64,000 bases of DNA, from the NCBI GenBank assembly GCA_028718785.1, contig JAQULB010000002.1, positions 84,750 to 148,749 on the forward strand, in the 5' to 3' direction. Shown in pieces: positions 43,214 through 47,501 of the stretch (the stretch's first letter is position 1; each line of letters opens with the position of its first letter). This DNA is from Minisyncoccota bacterium. Lineage in GTDB: Bacteria > Patescibacteriota > Minisyncoccia > Minisyncoccales > CG1-02-41-26. Position numbers and translations under genes: made by a program. The notes beneath the pieces are model-generated. The model was not told the DNA's origin. It ran no database searches and worked only from the letters and a program-made list of their open reading frames with translations.

Positions 43214-45295
43214 ATGGGAAAACAATCGCGAATTAAAAAAGAAAGGAAAACGCAAATTCAAGAGGGAGAAAAAAGCCCAAAAGAGGAAAAGCAAATTTCT
43301 TTTGGCTGGGAAAAGTTTTTAAAAACAATAATTTTTTGGGGCGCTTCTATCGCGCTTTTAACCCCCTTAATTTACAGCTCTAAATATTATTTTCCATTTG
43401 TGGGTCCCAAAAGTTTATATTTTATGTTTTTTTGCCAAGTAATATTTTTTGCTTGGCTAATTTTGGCTCTTTATGATAAAAAATATCGACCCAAAATGAA
43501 TACTGTAATTTTAGCTTTTGGCTTGTTTTTATTTTTTATGACTGTGTCAAGCGTTTTCGGCGTTGATCCCTCTAGATCTTTTTGGTCTAAGTTTGAAAGA
43601 ATGTCAGGGCTTTTGATGTGGCTTAATATGGCTGGGTTTATTTTGGCTGTTTCTTCAACTTTAAAAAATGTTGATGAGTGGAAAAAAATATTTTTTGTTT
43701 CTTTGGGCGTGGCTTTTTTTGTTTCTTTGTTTGGCATATTGGAAAGATTGGGGGTAAAAGCAGTAACATTTTCTGATAGAATGGGGGTTACTTTGGGGAA
43801 TACTTCTTTTTTAGGGTCTTATTTAGTTTTTAATTTTTTTATTGCTGTTTATTTATTTTTTCAGGAAAAGAAAAATTTAATTTTGAAAATTTCTTTAGGG
43901 TTTGTTGCGGTTTTGGCGGTGGTGGCTATCTTTCTTCAAGAAGCTAGGGCGGCTTTGGGGGTTTGTTTTGGAGGTGTTTTATTGATCGGTGTTTTATACT
44001 TAGCTTTTAAGGTAAAAAACAAGGGGGTTAGATTAGGCGGTAAAGTGGCTCTTGTTTTGGGGTCGTTGGCGGTTGTTGTTTCGGTTATTTTGGTATATTT
44101 GCCCAATAATCCTGTCCATAACTTATTTGGCAAAATGGCCACTGAAGGAAGGTTTGCTAATTGGGAAATTGCCCAAAAAGGATTTTTGGAAAGGCCATTT
44201 TTTGGCTGGGGACCTGAAACATACGATATTTTATTTCCAAAATATTTTAACCCTTGCTTGTTTACACAAAAATGCGGAGGAGAGTTTTGGTTTGACAGAA
44301 CCCATAATATTATTTTAGACACATTAGTTGGGACAGGAGCTTTTGGTTTTTTAGCGTATTTGGGAATATTTTTTGCTTTAATATGGGTTTTGCGAAAAAA
44401 ATATTTTAAAGACAAAACAATTGATTTTTGGACATTTGCTGTTTTTATTGCTTTGCCCGTGGCTTATTTTATCCAAAACCTAACTGTTTTTGATATGGTG
44501 GGCAGTTTAATGATGTTTTCTTTAGTTCTGGCTTTTGTTGCCTTTTTAGCTGTTTGGGGTAGCCAGAAAAAAAATGAAAATCGTTATATTCCAAAAAGCA
44601 AATGGCCCATGGTTATGGCTTTGATTTTTGGATTTTTAGTTATTTATTATTTTTCGTATAAACCTTGGCAATTGGACAAGGGCGTTATTTTGGCAGTTCA
44701 AAACCAATATCAAAACGACAGATTACAGGCCTATCAAAAGTGTTTAATGACTTCTTCTTTGGGAAAATATCAAATAACGGATTTTTTCTCTGATTTTTCT
44801 CAGAACATTGTTCAAAACAACCTTGAAAAAGCCCCAAAAGAAGATTTAATTAGAGAAATTGAGGCAGTGGCGAAACTTTCCGAGGAAAGAAAGAAGGACT
44901 CTCCGCTTGATTATCGCATTACTTTAAAATTAGCTCAGATTTACAATACATATGTTTTATTAGACCCTTCAAAAATTGATTTAGCTGAGCAATATGGCAA
45001 AGAAGCAATGAGTCAGTCCCCAAATAATCAGCAGTCATATTGGGTTTTGGCGCAAACAGAGCTTTATAAACAAAACATTGAAGAGGCCAATAAATTGGCT
45101 CAACAGGCAATTGATTTGGAGCCGGGTGTTTTAAAGTCATACCAAATAGCGTCTCAAGTGGCAGCAATTTCTGGCAATCAAGAAAAGGCCATAGAGATTG
45201 CGAAAAAAGCGGTTGAGATAAATCCGGACTGGTTGAAAGATTTTAGCATATTGCCTCAATCACAAGCCACAAGCGCAGAGTCATTGACAAAATAA
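43214..45295 (+). CDS. O-antigen ligase/Wzy_C-domain membrane protein with C-terminal TPR repeats
   Basis: 693 aa with ~12 TM helices. A periplasmic-type loop (RFANWEIAQKGFLERPFFGWGPETYD) is typical of WaaL/PglL/PilO-family proteins. C-terminal ~170 aa are TPR-like (YWVLAQTELYKQNIEEANKLAQQAIDLEP...). Confidence 0.78.
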   Translation: MGKQSRIKKERKTQIQEGEKSPKEEKQISFGWEKFLKTIIFWGASIALLTPLIYSSKYYFPFVGPKSLYFMFFCQVIFFAWLILALYDKKYRPKMNTVILAFGLFLFFMTVSSVFGVDPSRSFWSKFERMSGLLMWLNMAGFILAVSSTLKNVDEWKKIFFVSLGVAFFVSLFGILERLGVKAVTFSDRMGVTLGNTSFLGSYLVFNFFIAVYLFFQEKKNLILKISLGFVAVLAVVAIFLQEARAALGVCFGGVLLIGVLYLAFKVKNKGVRLGGKVALVLGSLAVVVSVILVYLPNNPVHNLFGKMATEGRFANWEIAQKGFLERPFFGWGPETYDILFPKYFNPCLFTQKCGGEFWFDRTHNIILDTLVGTGAFGFLAYLGIFFALIWVLRKKYFKDKTIDFWTFAVFIALPVAYFIQNLTVFDMVGSLMMFSLVLAFVAFLAVWGSQKKNENRYIPKSKWPMVMALIFGFLVIYYFSYKPWQLDKGVILAVQNQYQNDRLQAYQKCLMTSSLGKYQITDFFSDFSQNIVQNNLEKAPKEDLIREIEAVAKLSEERKKDSPLDYRITLKLAQIYNTYVLLDPSKIDLAEQYGKEAMSQSPNNQQSYWVLAQTELYKQNIEEANKLAQQAIDLEPGVLKSYQIASQVAAISGNQEKAIEIAKKAVEINPDWLKDFSILPQSQATSAESLTK

Positions 45296-45347
45296 CATTT
45301 ATTTGCTATCATACAAGCATAAAGTGAGCGAACTTCAAATGTGGCTG

Positions 45348-45372
45348 AAACCCCCTTTCGGGGGTTTTTGCT
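45348..45372 (+). terminator. intrinsic terminator
   Basis: aaaccccc-tttc-gggggttt followed by ttgctttc. Confidence 0.8.
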
Positions 45373-45436
45373 TTCTTATGGTAGAATTTTGACAAATTAT
45401 TTATTCGCTAAAGGCGTTTGAAATTTTACAACGGGG

Positions 45437-45466
45437 TTGCTCCACTCTATTTATTAGTGTTATACT
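45437..45466 (+). promoter_or_regulatory. sigma-70-type promoter with extended -10
   Basis: TTGCTC (45437-45442), 18-nt spacer ending in TGt, TATACT (45461-45466). Confidence 0.5.
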
Positions 45467-45558
45467 AAAATTGGATGGGAGCTGGCACTCACTTTATAAC
45501 ATTTGGAGTATAACCCTCCCGTCCATTGGCAAAAAACTATTTTTATAGTTTTTTGCCA

Positions 45559-46458
45559 ATGGACAATAAAACGAACAAAATGCAAAAGAATATTTTGTTA
45601 AAGGATTTAACCACTTTTAAGATTGGAGGTGTGGCAAAATATTATTGCCAGGCCAGTAGCCAAGAAGAAATTATTGAGGCCGTAAAATGGGTGCAAGAAA
45701 AAGGCGCGCCGTTTTTTGTTTTAGGCGGGGGAAGCAATGTGTTGATAGGCGATAAAAAATATAAAGGATTAGTGATACAAATAAAAAATCAAATCTTAAA
45801 AATCAAAAACACAGATCAAAACTCAAAAATTATAGAAGTGGGGGCAGGGGTTCCTTTGGGAAAGTTGGTTGGAGTTGCTTTGCAAGAGGGATTAACTGGA
45901 ATGGAGTGGGCAATGGGAATTCCCGGCACAGCGGGAGGGGCTGTTTATGGGAACACGGGAGCGTTTGGCCAGTCAATGGGAGATATAGTAGAAGAGGTGG
46001 AAGCAATAGATATATCAAATATCAAATATCAAATATCAAATATCAAAAAGGAAGGTTGCAAGTTTGGATATAGAGATTCTATTTTTAAAAGAAGTAAAAA
46101 CTTAATAATTTTGTCAGTTAAAATAAAATTGCAAAACGGAGAAAAAGCAGAAATTGAAAACAAAATGAAAGAATTTTTTCAAAAGAAAAAACAAACTCAG
46201 CCCTTAGAGTTTTTTTCTGCTGGATCAATTTTTAAAAATGGCGAAAATTATAAAGCCGCGGACTTGATTGAAAAAGTTGGGCTAAAAGGCAAACGTATTG
46301 GAGGGGTGGAAGTTTCTCAAAAACACAGCAATTTTATTGTTAATAACGGCCGGGGCAAAGCCAGAGATGTAAAAAAATTGATTGATTTAATTAAAAAACA
46401 AGTCAAGAAAAAATTTAATATGGAACTTCAAGAGGAGATCCAATATCTTGGGTTTTAA
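45559..46458 (+). CDS. murB: UDP-N-acetylenolpyruvoylglucosamine reductase
   Basis: LKDLTTFKIGGVAKYY, FVLGGGSNVLI, GIPGTAGGAVYGNTGAFG, FGYRDSIF, SAGSIFKN, GGVEVSQKHSNFIVN. Start is the ATG at 45559 or 45580; the ORF-track start at 45526 is a TTG inside a hairpin. Confidence 0.85.
   Translation: MDNKTNKMQKNILLKDLTTFKIGGVAKYYCQASSQEEIIEAVKWVQEKGAPFFVLGGGSNVLIGDKKYKGLVIQIKNQILKIKNTDQNSKIIEVGAGVPLGKLVGVALQEGLTGMEWAMGIPGTAGGAVYGNTGAFGQSMGDIVEEVEAIDISNIKYQISNIKKEGCKFGYRDSIFKRSKNLIILSVKIKLQNGEKAEIENKMKEFFQKKKQTQPLEFFSAGSIFKNGENYKAADLIEKVGLKGKRIGGVEVSQKHSNFIVNNGRGKARDVKKLIDLIKKQVKKKFNMELQEEIQYLGF
46022..46056 (+). repeat. five perfect tandem copies of the heptamer ATATCAA inside murB
   Basis: 46022-46056 reads (atatcaa)x5. 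It is translated as ISNIKYQISNIK. Confidence 0.95.
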
Positions 46459-46484
46459 AAATTATAAAATTAAAAATTTTATAC

Positions 46485-46523
46485 TTATCCACATGTTGAC
46501 ACATTGCGTTAAAGTGCGAAAAT
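46485..46523 (+). promoter_or_regulatory. promoter with abutting perfect DnaA-box 9-mer
   Basis: TTATCCACA (46485-46493), tg, TTGACA (46496-46501), 16-nt spacer ending in TGc, GAAAAT (46518-46523). Confidence 0.5.
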
Positions 46524-46572
46524 AAATAAAGGATGGCAGCATAGTCGACTGTCAAAAAAAGATACTAAAACG

Positions 46573-46617
46573 ATGCCAGCAAAAAAAAAGAAGAAAGCAA
46601 CAAAAAAGAAGAAATAG
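46573..46617 (+). CDS. possible 14-aa lysine-rich micropeptide (MPAKKKKKATKKKK)
   Basis: ATG...TAG lies between the promoter at 46485-46523 and the terminator at 46638-46696. No clear SD. It could equally be a non-coding RNA. Confidence 0.3.
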   Translation: MPAKKKKKATKKKK

Positions 46618-46637
46618 TTTTTCTTTTGTTGAAACAG

Positions 46638-46696
46638 ATCCCCGCCACGCCAGAGCTTAAAATTTTTTGAGCTTTCGTGTGGCGGGGATTTTCGTT
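46638..46696 (+). terminator. intrinsic terminator (long-loop hairpin)
   Basis: 11-bp GC-rich stem atccccgccac (46638-46648) / gtggcggggat (46679-46689), followed by tttcgttt. Confidence 0.6.
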
Positions 46697-46784
46697 TGAC
46701 TGGCAGTTGTTTTTTAAGTTTTAGTATGCTAACAATAAAGCAGGTTTTGATTATTAAGTTTTAATCTTAAAAAGGAGAAATAAG

Positions 46785-47195
46785 ATGCAACCAGATATAG
46801 CGATTGCTTTGAAAGGGCTAATGTTTATAGTAATTCCATTTGTTCTATTTTTTGTTTTTATAGCAAAGGTTTATCCTAGGATAGTTGACAGGAGAGAGTT
46901 CAAAGATTTCTTTGGGTTTACTTATAATTGTTTTAATGTTGAACAATTATTAAAGGAAAGAACCCTGTTTCTTGAAGGAGAATTTCGCACCCTGTTGATG
47001 AGCACAATTGAAATTTTTAAACCCTTAGCTGATATGGATATTTCTAGTAGCGATACAGATTTTTTGCTGGCTATGTGGAATGAGCAAACAAAAATAGTTC
47101 AAAGAAAAGCAAGAGAACTTGAGAGAGCCAGGACCCTTGCTGAAAAATTTGGTTTCAAAAATGAAAAATTCTTAGTAAGCACATCGTTGGATTAA
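46785..47195 (+). CDS. hypothetical membrane-anchored protein
   Basis: 136 aa. One N-terminal TM helix (IALKGLMFIVIPFVLFFVFIA). Preceded by an AAAGGAG SD. No recognisable family. Confidence 0.55.
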   Translation: MQPDIAIALKGLMFIVIPFVLFFVFIAKVYPRIVDRREFKDFFGFTYNCFNVEQLLKERTLFLEGEFRTLLMSTIEIFKPLADMDISSSDTDFLLAMWNEQTKIVQRKARELERARTLAEKFGFKNEKFLVSTSLD

Positions 47196-47207
47196 AAATA
47201 AAATAAT

Positions 47208-47246
47208 AAAAAGCGCGCAAGGAGGTGAAACCAGCGCGCTTTTTTA
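47208..47246 (+). terminator. intrinsic terminator
   Basis: aaaaagcgcgc ... gcgcgcttttt with a T-run. Confidence 0.8.
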
Positions 47247-47277
47247 ATGGTTTTATGGTAAAATGTTATTAAAATAA

Positions 47278-47345
47278 ACAAAAACTCCGCCTTTCGGCGG
47301 GTTCCTGCGAGTTTAACTCGAAACAAAATCTGGATTGTCACCCAT
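47278..47345 (-). ncRNA. predicted ~68-nt small RNA, antisense-complementary to the adjacent tRNA-like gene
   Basis: Delimited by a near-consensus promoter (47350-47377) and a CCGCC-GAAA-GGCGG + U-run terminator (47300-47271, minus strand). Nucleotides 47342-47329 (GGUGACAAUCCAGA) are complementary to the RNA encoded at 47453-47440. Contains an inner hairpin CGAGU-UAA-ACUCG. Confidence 0.5.
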
Positions 47346-47349
47346 ATTT

Positions 47350-47396
47350 AGTATATCATTAAGTATCTTTTTGTCAATGTAGAAAATTGTGGATAA
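47350..47396 (-). promoter_or_regulatory. near-consensus sigma-70 promoter with upstream DnaA-box 9-mer (minus strand)
   Basis: Minus strand reads TTATCCACA (47396-47388), 10 nt, TTGACA (47377-47372), 16-nt spacer ending in TGa, TATACT (47355-47350). Confidence 0.65.
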
Positions 47397-47406
47397 AGAA
47401 ATATGT

Positions 47407-47474
47407 TGGAGGTACGGGGAGTTGAACCCCGAAACTCTAGGTGACAATCCAGAGTTTGCTACCGAGCTACCCCC
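47407..47474 (-). tRNA. atypical 68-nt tRNA-like gene (anticodon region contains GUC/UGU; identity unresolved)
   Basis: Minus strand reads GGGGGTA GCTCGGTAGC AAACTCTGGATTGTCACCTAGAGTTT CGGGG-TTCAACT-CCCCG TACCTCC A. It has a 7-bp acceptor stem and a canonical T arm. The D arm is truncated to 3 bp with a 4-nt loop, there is no U8, and the anticodon arm has an 8-nt loop or a bulged U. A possible TGaTATAAT -10 lies at 47494-47486 (minus). Confidence 0.55.
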
Positions 47475-47501
47475 AACACAATCGAATTATATCATAAACA
47501 T

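Noticed and set aside
43936-44415. 159-aa minus-strand ORF and other 60-140-aa antisense ORFs inside the Wzy_C gene, the P-type ATPase (52575-53666) and secD (51102-51506)
   Set aside because: Each lies fully inside a longer, motif-supported sense gene. They were treated as shadow ORFs.
46485-47396. Replication origin (oriC) suggested by perfect DnaA boxes
   Set aside because: Only two boxes occur here, about 900 bp apart, and a third lies 41 kb away. There is no dnaA/dnaN, no box cluster and no AT-rich 13-mer-type unwinding element. Each box abuts a -35 hexamer instead, so a promoter-associated role fits better.
47407-47474. Interpretation as part of a tmRNA (GGGGG 5' end, UUCAACUCCCC-ACCUCCA 3' end resemble the tmRNA tRNA-like domain)
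   Set aside because: The 5' and 3' acceptor halves are only 68 nt apart, with no room for pseudoknots or a tag reading frame. No Ala-type G3-U70 context was verified and no resume codon or tag ORF was seen nearby. It is kept as a tRNA-like gene instead.
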